Positions 24,504-36,570 of a stretch of 64,000 bases of DNA are shown here, piece by piece. The stretch lies in assembly GCF_009914755.1 (NCBI RefSeq), contig NC_060927.1, one strand, 5' to 3'. The notes beneath the pieces were generated by a model. The model saw only the letters and a list, made by a program, of their open reading frames with translations, was not told the origin of the DNA and did not search any database. Both the position numbers and the translations under genes were made by a program. Source of the DNA: the human T2T-CHM13v2.0 reference genome, Homo sapiens. The number at the start of each line of letters is the position of its first letter. The first letter of the stretch is position 1.

Positions 24504-26485
24504 AAATAGCACCTTACAAGGTGGTTGTGAGGACCAGCTAAATTAATATATTTTAAAGCAGGATGAAAGTTTTAAATGCTCTGCAGAGACAAAGTGTTAT
24601 TGATGCCTCAATTTTACAGTGTCTGTTGGGGTAAAGATAATTCATTCTTGTAGTTCCAAAGAATCTCTTCTCTCCTGGTCCTGAATGAATGTGGTGCATT
24701 TTGAATGTGATACTTTGGGCCATAGCCCCCTTATGCTTCAGTAGAGAAGCAGAGAAGAATTGAAAATTTGGGCTTCAAGAATTTTTTTGACTCCACTACA
24801 GCCATAATTTAAAATTTTGTGGTAGAAAGTCTGGTTATAAAATTCACTAGAAATGAGTTTTAAAGTAAACTTATTTTTAAAAGGAAGTAGTGGGTGGGTG
24901 AATGTGAGACTTTAGGGGGATTGTGCCACCTTTTTTCCCTGAGAAATGCCAAGGGAACTAATTAAAGAAGCTGAAGGGAGAGCAAAGGCACGAATAGAGT
25001 AGCCTATTCTCCATTCCTTCTGTGTCAAACACCCCACGCTACACTCTACACTAAGCTCTTGTTAGTAACCTCCCACAGGACAGGGCATTTGCCCTCCAGA
25101 AAGTTGGACCTTAAAATGAGGGAAACAAGTAACTCTTACCTGTAATTAGCTTCAAGAATACTCCCTCAAATGAAAGAGAAGTTAAAAAAACTGCCTCAAT
25201 GAGTTCTTAATTGGGTACAAGATAATGTTGGTAGAAGTTTAAAATATTTAACCAGCAGTAAATATTCAAGGCAGTCATTTGAAGTAATCAATAGCTAGGT
25301 GAATGCATACATTAGCTGGCAGAGAATCACTTAATCAACAGTTCAAATAAACAAGAGGAGAATTCAAAATGCAGATCTGAAAATACAGAGAATTAGCAAA
25401 GATGCTAATTACATCCAGGTACCTTCTTCCTCCAGTGACTACTTAAACATTTGCCAAAGTATTGCTAAAAATAACCAGTTCTGAAAAGATTCATTTCTTT
25501 TCAGAAGAGCTGCTTACTTAGAGAGTGATTGATGGCCAGGTCCAGCAGGCAGCTAGAAGTACCCAAAAATGAAGTGCTAGTAGGTGACCTCACAATAAAA
25601 AGCCTTGAGAATCCTTCAGCTGGCATGCGCTGCTGGCAAAAAAGGATATTTTTTTAAATTTTTATTTTTAGTCTTTACCACTTAAAATTTTCAGACTTTT
25701 CTCCCCGCTTCAGATATTATATGATAGATTTTATCAGATAGACAGTGAGCCATTTATGATAATATACAGAAACTGACATAATGCATGATTTGGTTCATTT
25801 AAAAAAATCTTACTTATCTTCTTTTCCCAATCCTTCTCAAACTCGTCTACACTTCCCACATATAAAATAAAATATATTAAAAAGGCTTAAATCTTACACA
25901 GGAGGCTATTTTTAGTATCTCCAACTAGAAGACTGAAGCTCTTAACTCATCTACTAGAGTCACTTGTTAGAAGGAGACTTTCCTACAGGCATTTTTATTT
26001 TGCTTTTTGAAGGAATTATGACACCCCCTCCCCACCACCAAAGAATTGCTGTTTCTACCTCTAGCTTCAGTAGCCATTAAGCAGTTCTTCATTTTGAAGG
26101 ATACATATAGATCCAGAAACATTTTCTGGTTGGAGAAAAAGTGTGTATTTTCAAGGTTCCCTATCTTTAAGGTTCCTAGTTCTTATTAAAGTAGCAGGAT
26201 AATCAGCTTAATGGGTGGTTGCTTACGCTTTCTGTGGGAAAACCATGGGGGTGGGAGTTACAAGTATTTGTTCTAATTTCAGCCTCATTACTAACTAGCT
26301 GTGTAGACTTGGGCAAGTCATTTACCTTGAATTTCAGCTTAGAGGCAGGATTGTTAAAATAGGATCAATTTGTAACTGGATTTGAAACCTGATCAGACTA
26401 TTAGAACCCTACTCAAGACTTAATTACTGAGTCTAGGTGTTTCCAAAGTCTCAAGGTGATGGATTCTTTTACAGCCAGTGTTTGT

Positions 26486-26549
26486 GCATCACTGATAATT
26501 CATTCCCTTCACTTTGCAGCACTGATAATTCATTCCCTTCCATTTGCAG
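26486..26549. repeat. 30-bp near-perfect tandem duplication
   Basis: gca(t/g)cactgataattcattcccttc(ac/ca)ttt x2. Confidence 0.95.
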
Positions 26550-26725
26550 ACTATAGAAATTTAAGTTTCAGAGAAGCTTAGTAATTTACTTAAGGTCACA
26601 TAGCTAGATAATAATGAAACTTGAACTTTAAATGTAACTTACTGACCCCCAAGATATTGCTGTTTCCCTATTATTAGGTGCTTATTTAACCGGAGAATTG
26701 CCATGTGTTTTTTGTAACAATTACA

Positions 26726-27033
26726 TTTTTTTTTTCTTTTTGAGATGGTGTCTTACTCTGTCACCCAGGCTGGAGTGCAGTGGCGTCATCTCAGCTCACT
26801 GCAACCTCCACCTCCCAAGTTCGAGATTCTCCTGGCTTAGCCTCCCAAGTAGCTGGGAGTACAGGTGCATGCCACCAAGCCTGGCTAATTATTTTTTTTT
26901 TTTTTGCATTTTTAGTGGAGATGGGGTTTCACCATGTTGGCCAGGCTGGTTTTGAACTCCTGACCTCAAGTTGTCTGCCCGCCTCAGCCTCCCAAAGTGC
27001 TGGGATTACAGGCGTGAGTCTCTCTGCCTGGCC
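26726..27033 (-). mobile_element. AluSx-type
   Basis: Full antisense dimer; TSD acaattaca at 26717 and 27034. Confidence 0.93.
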
Positions 27034-30000
27034 ACAATTACAATTTAATATTAAAATATATACATATGTGTATTTCTATACATGTGTGTTGACTTTTACA
27101 CAGTATTTAACATTTTCAGGTGTGTAAAATGAAAGCATTAGGACTAAATGATCACATAGTGACTATTTGGCTCTTTTAGAGAGAATGTGAATCACTACCT
27201 ACCATTTCACTGATGCACACTGTTTAAAAGATACTATGCTAGGTGTTACAGTTAGACCCTGAGAAATGGGGTGCTACTATGATGTTGTTATGATAGCCAT
27301 GCATGTGAATAATATCCAGATTCTGCTTGGCCCAGATACCTCTCCTTCCTATCATATTTCTGGGAGAAATAGATGCTTAAAAAGGGAAAAGAAAGCAAAG
27401 TAGAGCATGTTATATATACCTGGGTCTTTGGCCAAGGTACAACAGTATAATGTCATGGGCCATGAGAAAGGCTCTATTTTCTCTAAGTTAATTAGAGAAA
27501 ATGTACCTGCTCCAGTACGTTCCTGAATAGATGTATCCTTATACCTTTGTAGAGGGAGCAGGCACTAAGTCAGCTCACTACTCCAATTCATCATATTGGG
27601 AAAGAAAAAAGAGAAAAAGCTAGAACATATCCAGGTACATTGGCCTTCTGACCTCCTTGAAAGCACAACTCCTAAGAGGTGTGGCCCAACTAATGCTGTA
27701 TGATTGTCCAAACCAGATCAATAACACTCCTTTTGGTAGAAGCCAGTAAACAGAATGTTGAGTATAACCTGTTTATACAGATGAGAAATCTGACACATAA
27801 GTTCAAATTACAGGCCTAAAGTTGCTTACTGCATATTTCTTCCCTTTTCTTTCATAGCTTCATATATGTGTATATATGAATATGAGTGGTATGAGTGTAT
27901 TTCAAACATACATATATATTCCAAAGATTATCATGTAAATGTCATAAACAATTGTAACATTTAAATTCTTAAATTTAATAGTAAGATATGTTTTATAACA
28001 TGTATCTGAGTTTTTATATTCATTCATTGTTATATTCCATCAGGAGTCATGTGAATACTTAAAAATGCAGAGCAGGTAACTTTTAAGATCTTTGATTATA
28101 CACTTTAATAAATAGGTTCAGTAAAATTCACATTTCTTGACATATTCATTACTCAGCAAGAATTGCATACATCTTTTTAATTATTCCCAAACATTCAATA
28201 CCTTCAACTCTTAACAATGAATTAATTCCTTTGAAGTTATTATACACATTTAATAAAATTATATGTAACTACGCAGAAAAATAATATAAGCTTCTCTTTT
28301 GATCCTAAAAGTAGCTAATTCAACTGTTTCTTTCTGCAGTTGTAGGAATTGTTCACAGATTCTTCTTGAAGTTTTGCACTTTTGTGTATCTCTACTTGTT
28401 TTATTGGTTAAGCAAAGTAAAACTTCTGAATGGCTTTTGAAACTGTACACAAAAGTCATAAACACAACCTTTAAACAACTATTGTTAAAGTAAGAAAAAA
28501 ACAATTAACTTATAAATCTTTTTCCTCTTTTCAGATGTAGGTCACAAAGGAGAAATGCTCCTCTGTTAATTTTTGTTTTTTTTTAAAAGAACTGTTGGTT
28601 TTAAACTTCTTTTTAGCCTACTCACTATTCTCAAAGGATGCAAGGCCCCCCCATGGGATAAAGTCAGCTTTGTCAGAGGAATATCAGCATGTCAGCTCCT
28701 GAAGAACCACTTGGAGTTTGAATAGTAACTTATTGAGTGGATAATTGAGAAAGCTGAGTTAGGACAGGATTTCTGGCCCTAATAACATATGAATGTCTCA
28801 TAATTATCAGTACAGAATCCTATGAAATCTAATGCTTACTTTGAAACATATTTATTTAATTTATATGTAAGTATTTATTTATTTGTACTAGACAGATACA
28901 GGTTGGGAATTACTTAGGTTTTGCTTAATAAAATAGTTACTTTTTTCAAAAACATGAATTATCTTTTTTCTTTTTGGTGAGAAGAGGTCATGTAAACACC
29001 AATTGTCTAGCAAGATTTTTGTATTGCTTTTTATTAGGGACTGTTGGTTTTAAATTGCTTTTTAGCTTACTCATCATACTTTTAAATACATGGATAGTTT
29101 TCTGCCATATCCAAGATATTTTTAATAATAAAAAGTTTTTTTATTTCTAAATATCAATATTATTATGATTTTTTTCCACCAGTGAAAAAATACAGTGATA
29201 ATGCAGGGAAGTATAATTACTAATTTATTTTGTAATATAATTATAAAATATATGTAATATAATTATAATATACTTAATATTTTGTAATGTAATTACAAAA
29301 TTAAACCTAATTTTATACTTCTTTGAATATTTTGGGAGTCAGGTGGTTTTTCTCTAACTCAAACTTCTACCAGAGACTTGAGATCCCATGAACTGTAGGG
29401 ACTTCTGTATTCCTGGAACTGGTTTGGGCCTCAAATAAAACCTGCTCAAGTTCTCACTCAATCGTAAGCTCCCAAAGGGCAGAGATGATGTCTCTCTGAT
29501 TTTCAAGGGACTAACCCAGTGACAGGCACAGAATGGCCATTTAGTAATGAATGACAAGGGTGCTCATGCAATTTTAAAACATAGTCCCTCAGCTTTTCTG
29601 CCTTTGAGTCCAATAAGCATACTAGAAACCCAGAACGAAGCTAGTAATATTTGTTCCAGTAAAGTGACATGTATATGGTTTTCAAAAAAACAGCTGTTTG
29701 TTTTTTTTAGAAGCATAAGATTATTAAATAAACTTCTGTAATGAGTGGATAAAATGGTGTATCCTATGAAAACAACCAAAGAATCACTGAATCAGCAGTT
29801 CTGAAAGATAAAAGTCTCATTTTGAGGAAATGCAAAACAACTGAATGCATTTTATTACTTTGCATTTAAAGTAGGAAGGTGGCAAATACTCGGAAGGGTA
29901 TTCCAGTTCTGTTTCTTTGTAGGCAGTTATTTTTACTGACAGGTGAGAGTGTTTCACCTTTATTTGTTTTATAGATACAAGCTCTTACAATGTTCTTTTT

Positions 30001-30724
30001 CCTTCCATGGACCTTCTCCTCTTCTATTTCTTACCAAGTAAATTATTGAAACAAGGCTATTTTGAGGTAAAACGAGGAAGAGAAGTAATACCTCACTGCA
30101 ACCTCTTTCCAAACAATAGGGAAACATCAAAGTTAGGGTCAAAGCTAATACTGTCAACTTATAAAAGAGCTCACTCATCATGTCTAACTTTCTTTGACAG
30201 TATCTACAAAGGCTTCTGTATCTAGGGATGATTTTATTGTCAATATGCAATCAGGCAGGTCAATGTTCATTTCATTTGTGAAGAAAACTACATCAAGCAA
30301 ATTTCATTATAAAACCTAAAATCAATATACATTTGTGTCAGTGTTCTCTAAATAATGAATGTGAATACTCCTTCACCCTGAAATAACATTTTTAAGGATT
30401 GGATTTTTCTGAAAAAAATAAGAAGACATATTTGGTTTTTCTTTGAACAATATTTGCACTTGATTCTAAGACAGTGATACCAGGAATGACTTTTGGAGTC
30501 GGTTTTGTTTTAAATATGTTTATTGATCAATTATGGCCCCTATACAAGTTGAGACTGACTCGAGTAATGAAATATTCAGACCTATCAACTGGTAATATTA
30601 GAATAGTGATAATAAGCATAGCTAGTATTTGCTTAGTATGCATTATTTATGGATACTGTGAAGGAATTTTCTTTCATTTTTCACATTTAGTCTTTGTAAA
30701 CTGCCTTAATATAGAAATACAATA

Positions 30725-32958
30725 CAGGGATACCTCATCCGATTGCAGTTTGCATTACTGCACTTCGCAGATACTGCTTTTTTTTTTTTTTTAAAGAATT
30801 TTAAGGTTTGTGGCAACTCTGAGTTGAGCAAGGCTATTAGTGACATTTTTCCAACAGCATATGCTCACTTTGTGTCTCTTTGTAACATTTTGGTAATTCT
30901 CTCAATATTTCAGACTTTCTTCTTATTATTATATTGTTACAGTGATTTATGATCAGTGAGCTTTCATGTTACTATTGTAAATTTGGGGGGTGTCATGAAC
31001 CAAACTCATAAAAGATGGTGAACTTAATTGATAAGTGTAGAGTGTGTTCTGACTACTGCAGCTACCAGCCGTTCCTAGTCTCTCTGTCTCTCTTAGGACC
31101 TCCCTATTCTCTGAGACACAATAATACTGAAATTAGGCCGATTAATAACCCTCCAATGGCCTTGAAGTGTTCAAGTGAAAGGAAGAGTCATACATCTCTC
31201 ACTTTAAATCAAAAGCTAGAAATGATTAAGCTTAGTGAGGAAGGCATGTCGAAAGCTGAGAGTAGGCCAAAAAGGTAGGTCTCTGGCATCAAACAGCTAA
31301 GTCGTGAAAACAAGGGAAAAGTTCTTATTGAAAATTACAAGTGAACAGACAAATGATAAGAAAGTGAAATAGCCTTAGTGATGAGATGGAGAAAGTTTCA
31401 GTGGTCTGGATAGAAGGTCAAACCAACCACAACGTTCCCTTAAAGACCTAACCCTAATCCAGAGCCAGGAACGAACTGTCTAAAATTATGTGAAGATAGA
31501 GAGGTAAGGAAACTGCAAAAAGAAACATTTGAAGCTAGCAGAGGTTGGTTCAGAAGTTTAAAGAAACCAGCAAGTGTGATGTAGAAGCTGCAGAAATTTA
31601 TGCAGAAGCTCTAGTTAAGATCATTGAAGGTAGCTACACCAAAGAAGAGATTTTCAGTGTAGATGAAGCATCCTTCTATTGGAAGAAAATGCCATGTAGG
31701 GTTTTCATAGTTACAGAGGAGAAGTCATTGCCTGGATTCAGAGCCTCAAAGGACAGGCTGACTCTCTTGTTAGGAGCTAATGTAACTGGTGACTTTAAGT
31801 TGAGGCCAATGCTCATTGACCATTCTAAAAATCCTAGGAATTATTTTCAAAATATTACTGCTCATCCACAATGCACTTGGTCACCTAAGAGCTCTGATGG
31901 AGATAGACAAGATTGATATTATCTCCTTGCCTGTTAACATAATATCCTTTCTGCAGTTCATTGATCAAGGAGTAATTCTGACTTTCAGCTCTAATTATTT
32001 AAGATATATACTTCATAAGGCTATCAGTACCATAGATAGTGATTCCTCTGATGGATTTGGGCAAAGTAAATTTCAAACCTTCTGGGAAGAATTCACCATT
32101 TTCTATGCCATAAAGAACATTTTTGCGAATCAAAGGAGGAGCCCAAAACAGCAACATTACCAGAAGTTTGGAAGAAGTTTATTCTGACCGTCGTGGATGA
32201 CTTACAGAGGTTCAAGATTTCAGTGCAGGAAGTTAACTGCTAATGTGGTTGAAAGAGCAAGAGAACTGGAATTAGAAACAGAGCCTGAAGATGGGACTGA
32301 AATTGTTGCAATCTCATGATAAAGTTGAAATGGATAAGGAGTTGGTTCTGATGGATGAGCAAACAAAGTGATTTTCTGAGATGAAATCTACTCCTGGTGA
32401 AGATACTGTGAACATTGTTGACATAACAACACAGGATTTAGAATATTATGTAACTAGGTGATAAAGGAGCAATAGAGTTTGAGAGAATTGACTGCATTTT
32501 GAATTGACTGCATTTCTGCTGTGGGTCAAATGCTTTCAAACAGCACCACATGCTACAGAGAAATCTTTCTCGAAAGGAAGGGTCTATCTATGCAGCAAAC
32601 ATTGTTGTCTTATTTTCAGAAATGGCCACAGTGACCCCAAACCTTTAGCAAACACCACCCTGATTAGTCAGCAGCCATAATACTGAGACAAGACCCTCTA
32701 CCAGCAACAAAGATTACAACTCACTGAAGGCTCAGATGATTGTTAGCATTTTTTAGCAATAAAGTATGTTTAAATGAAATATGTACATTGTTTTTTAGAC
32801 ATACTGCTAAAAAACAATGCACACCAGATAGCCTACAGTGTAGTGTAAATGTGACTTATACACACGGGGAAACCAAAAACTTTGTGTGCCTCACTTTATT
32901 GTGATATTGTTCTGTTGATCTGGAATCAAATTCACAATAATTCTGAAGTGTATTCCTG
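30725..32958 (+). mobile_element. Tigger1 DNA transposon, near full length, with internal deletions and a disrupted pogo-like transposase
   Basis: TA-cagg.atacctc ... cctg-TA termini; ORF pieces SERKSHTSLTLNQKLEMIKLSEEGMSKAE, IFSVDEASFYWKKMP, ASKDRLTLLLGAN, QFIDQGVI (CENP-B/DDE_1 type). Confidence 0.95.
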
Positions 32959-32964
32959 TAGCCT

Positions 32965-33290
32965 GGGTAGGCTAAATGCTATAAGCAATAGCCCCCCAAA
33001 TCTCAGTGTATTAACACAATAGATGTTTTAATATCGCCTAGCAGCTGAATACAAATGTATCCTTCTATTTGTGGCCCACTATTTTACAGAGCCTCTGAGT
33101 CCTCTGCTATGTTCCTGTCAATCTCACACAAGAGGAGAGAGAGAAGGTGAGGATAGCACAGATCTTTTACATGAGTGGGCACTGGGAGAGGCACCTATCT
33201 CTTCATCCACATTCCCTTTGGGAAAACCCATCATTTGGTTACATCTAACTGCTAAGGAGCTTGGGAAATATAATCAAGTTGGCTGATCAA
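32965..33290 (-). mobile_element. Old MLT1 (K/L/J-like) LTR fragment
   Basis: aagcaatagccccccaaatctcagtg..ttaacacaa...ccacattcc.ttgg..aaa...ctaactgc.aagga..ctgggaaat. Confidence 0.55.
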
Positions 33291-34879
33291 GTAGCTATCC
33301 TCTCCCATAGGTAGTGTTATACCCCTTTATAGATGATGAAACTAAGACTTAAAGTTCAAACAGTATTCCATACCATCAGCATCATCTAGGTGTATAATGG
33401 TAACACTGAGTCTCCCTAGTAACAAAAAAGTTCCCTGTTTTTTAAGCACTGTGGTCTCCTTCAACCCTGTGCTGGGTAGTTTGCCACTTACTATGATTTA
33501 CCCTGGAAACAAATGGTATCTTCCCATTGAAAAGGCTAGCTGGGGAGATGCACAGCTGAGATTTTGACTTTATGTTTTATTCAGGGTCCAACGCTTGATT
33601 TTGTAGTAGCTCTATTGATAAAGCTAAAATTTAATAACAGAAGTAATAAGTACAACTTCTGGGGAAAATTTTAAGAATCAGTTGGCAATTCCTGTGCTCC
33701 TTCTTTCCTCCTATTATGAAACAGGCAGTGTTCTAAATAAAGCTATTCTGTCAAACTGGGTCCGTATTGACTTTGATAAGCAAGTGCTCTCTGTGGGCCC
33801 ATATTGGATGTGTAATATGAGTAAAAAACTTTCCATAAGTCCCCGAGAGCTTTATTTTTATTTTATTTTGTACTGGTATTATTATCAAAGCATAGCCTAG
33901 CCTTTCCTGGCTGATACACACTTTAGCCTAGAATCTCTACTTTCAGTGTCTTACAAAACTATTTACCAAGGTGTGTAAGATATGTATGTCCCTGTATCTA
34001 TTTGTCTATCCAATGTTGTTCACCAGAGTCTTGTTTAATAAGTTATGGTTGAGAGAATTATGCTTGTCCATACAATGGAATATGTGAAGCTGATTTTAAA
34101 AAATGATATGATAGATCTGTATTTACCTACATGAAAAGATGACCACAAGCCATGATTACATGGAAAATACATAAAAGTATATGCATGATATTTCACAGAG
34201 TAAATAAAAACTTATTATTATTGTAGGAGAATAGACTTCCCAGGACCCTGAGGAGCTGGAGGAGGTGACAGCACGCTGCACCATTCCCAATGTAGTCCAA
34301 GGTTCCGGCATACCATTGTCTGCCTAAATCACCAAGTTAGCTTCCTTAATGGTCTCCTTACCTTCAGTCTTGGCCCCCTCCAGTACATTTTCCACACAAT
34401 GTAGCCAGTGTAATCTTTATAACAGATGATTCACCTATTAAAAAATTGGGGATTATCTCCATTGATAGCATGTAAAAATCCATGTCTTAGCCTTGGGTTC
34501 CTAAAAAACAGAGGCTAAGACAAAACTTAAATGTTAAACCTTTCCTGGGATTTACAGTCCAATGCAGCAAGAGTGAGAGTCTCAACTTTGCTTCACTCTT
34601 CTCTATGGTAAGACTCATCTGTCTCCTAGTTGCCCACTTTGTTTCACGGCTTTCTTGACATCTTTTGTCTTTTTGAATCTGCCCATTTCCTTCAATACAT
34701 CAAAAGGTCTTTGGAAGCAAAGGCGTTTTGTTATTAACTGTTGTGTCTTCAGAAATAAAATCATAGAAGAAAAACAAATCATGATGTTTTCAACTAATGT
34801 TTGTCAAACAATTATGTTTAGCCCATAAAACAATTTTCCTGATAATTGGGTTTTCAGAGAATTCTTGAATCACGCAGTG

Positions 34880-35280
34880 TGTATTAGGCCATTTTTGCAT
34901 TGCTGTCAAGAAATACCTGAAACTGGGTAATTTGTAAGAAAAGAGGTTTAATTGGCTCACAGTTCTGCAAGCTGTACAGGTGGCATGGTACCAGCATCTG
35001 CTCCTGGAGAGGCCTCAGGAAGCTTTTACTTATGGCAGAGGGCAAAGTAGGAGCAGGCACATCATATGTCAAAAGCAGAAGCAAGAGAGAGTGTGGCGGG
35101 GGTTGGGCGCCACACACTTTTAAATGACCAGATCTCGTGAAAACTCACTATCACAAAGACAACAGCAAGCCATGAGGGATCCACCCCCATGATCCAAACA
35201 CCCCACCAGGCCCCATCTCCAGCACTGGGGATTACAATTCAACATGAGATTTGGGTGAGGACAGAAATCTAAACTATATG
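34880..35280 (-). mobile_element. MSTB-like MaLR solo LTR
   Basis: tgtattaggccatt.ttgcattgct..aagaaatacctga.actgggtaattt...attacaattcaacatgagatttgg. Confidence 0.88.
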
Positions 35281-35649
35281 GCAGCATCTGTTGCTTTAGT
35301 TCTGCCTTTTTCTGTAGGTTCAGAGCAAACTTTTCCTACCGTATGCGTTGTGTAGTTTTATGTCACTCTATGCCCCACATTGATTTTCTTCCCTTATCAA
35401 TAGAAAACTATGTGTACGTTTTCCTACATGGATTATAATAAACCCCTTTTAAAAAATTTTCATATATAAGGCATTCTAAAACCTGTATGATAACACAGAT
35501 TTGTCTGTACCAACTACTAATGAGGAATTTAAAGGAAAAATTTAGTGAATTCCTCACATTGAATTTAAATTTTTATTTTTTTTCTTGGTTGTTAGTTTAA
35601 AATTTTGAAATCTCAGTCTGTAGCATTCTTCCACATGGCCAGCCGTGAC

Positions 35650-35665
35650 GTGACTCATGAGTCAC
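35650..35665. promoter_or_regulatory. Palindromic double AP-1 site with adjacent CRE half-site (candidate enhancer core)
   Basis: gTGACTCATGAGTCAc is a perfect 16-bp palindrome; TGACGT overlaps it upstream. Confidence 0.45.
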
Positions 35666-35867
35666 CAACCCATTTAGTCAGTCAAATTATTTAACAAGCA
35701 TTTACCAAGTATTCTGTATGAGCAGACTTATGGATAGGCTAAGGCCAACTCTCTGACATATACTGTATAGGGTATGTTTTTAAAATTTTCCCTACATTAA
35801 TTTCTGTTGTCATTTTTGCATTTAGCTCAGTACAGATATTCTGATTCTGATGCTTTAAAACTGTTCC

Positions 35868-36174
35868 TTTCTCTTTCTTTTTTTCCTTTTGAGATGGGGT
35901 CTTGCTCTATTGCCCAGACGGGAGTGCAGTGGCACAATCACAGCTCACTGTAACCGCAAACTCCTGGGCTCAAGCAATCCTTCTACCTCAGTCCAGAATA
36001 GCTGGGATTACAGATGTGTGCCACCATACCTGGCTATTTTTTTTTGTATTTTTTGTAGAGATGGGGTCTCACTATGTTGACCAGGCTGATCTCAAACTCC
36101 TAACCTCAAGTAATCCTCCTGTCTCAGCCTCCCAAAGTGCTGTGATTACAGGCATGAGACACCACATCAGACCT
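35868..36174 (-). mobile_element. AluJ
   Basis: Antisense dimer with J-type features (gggctcaagcaatcc). Confidence 0.9.
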
Positions 36175-36218
36175 CCTCATCATGTTGAAACTCTTCTTGA
36201 ATGGACTTAAAATGCTTC

Positions 36219-36570
36219 TGTATTAGTCTGTTCTCTTGTTGCCAATAAAGACATACGCAAGACTGGGTAACTGACAAAGGAAAGAGGTTTGATTAACTCA
36301 CAGTTCCACATGGCTGGAGAGACCTCACAATCGTGGCAGGAGGCAAATGAGGAGCAAAGTCATGTCTTACATGACACCGGGCAAGAGGGTTTGTGCAGGG
36401 GATCTCCTATTTATAAAACCATCAGATCTCATGAGACTTACTACCACAAAAACAGTATGAAGGAAACCAACCCCATGATGCAGTGATCTCTACCTGGCCC
36501 TGCCCTTGGCACATGAGGCTTATTACAATTCAAGGTGAGATTTGGATAGGGACACAGCCAAACCGTATCA
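36219..36570 (-). mobile_element. THE1 (B/C) solo LTR
   Basis: tgtattagtctgttctc...aataaagacatac...gggacacagccaaacc.tatca; 5-bp TSD gcttc/gctac. Confidence 0.92.

Noticed and set aside
25140-25376. Minus-strand 237-nt segment with a good acceptor and CAG|gtaaga donor
   Set aside because: Stops in all frames and no partner minus-strand exons found; such pseudo-exons are expected by chance in 64 kb.
31015-32187. Transposase-like ORFs as a domesticated TIGD gene
   Set aside because: Multiple frameshifts, stops and internal deletions inside an ordinary Tigger1 copy.
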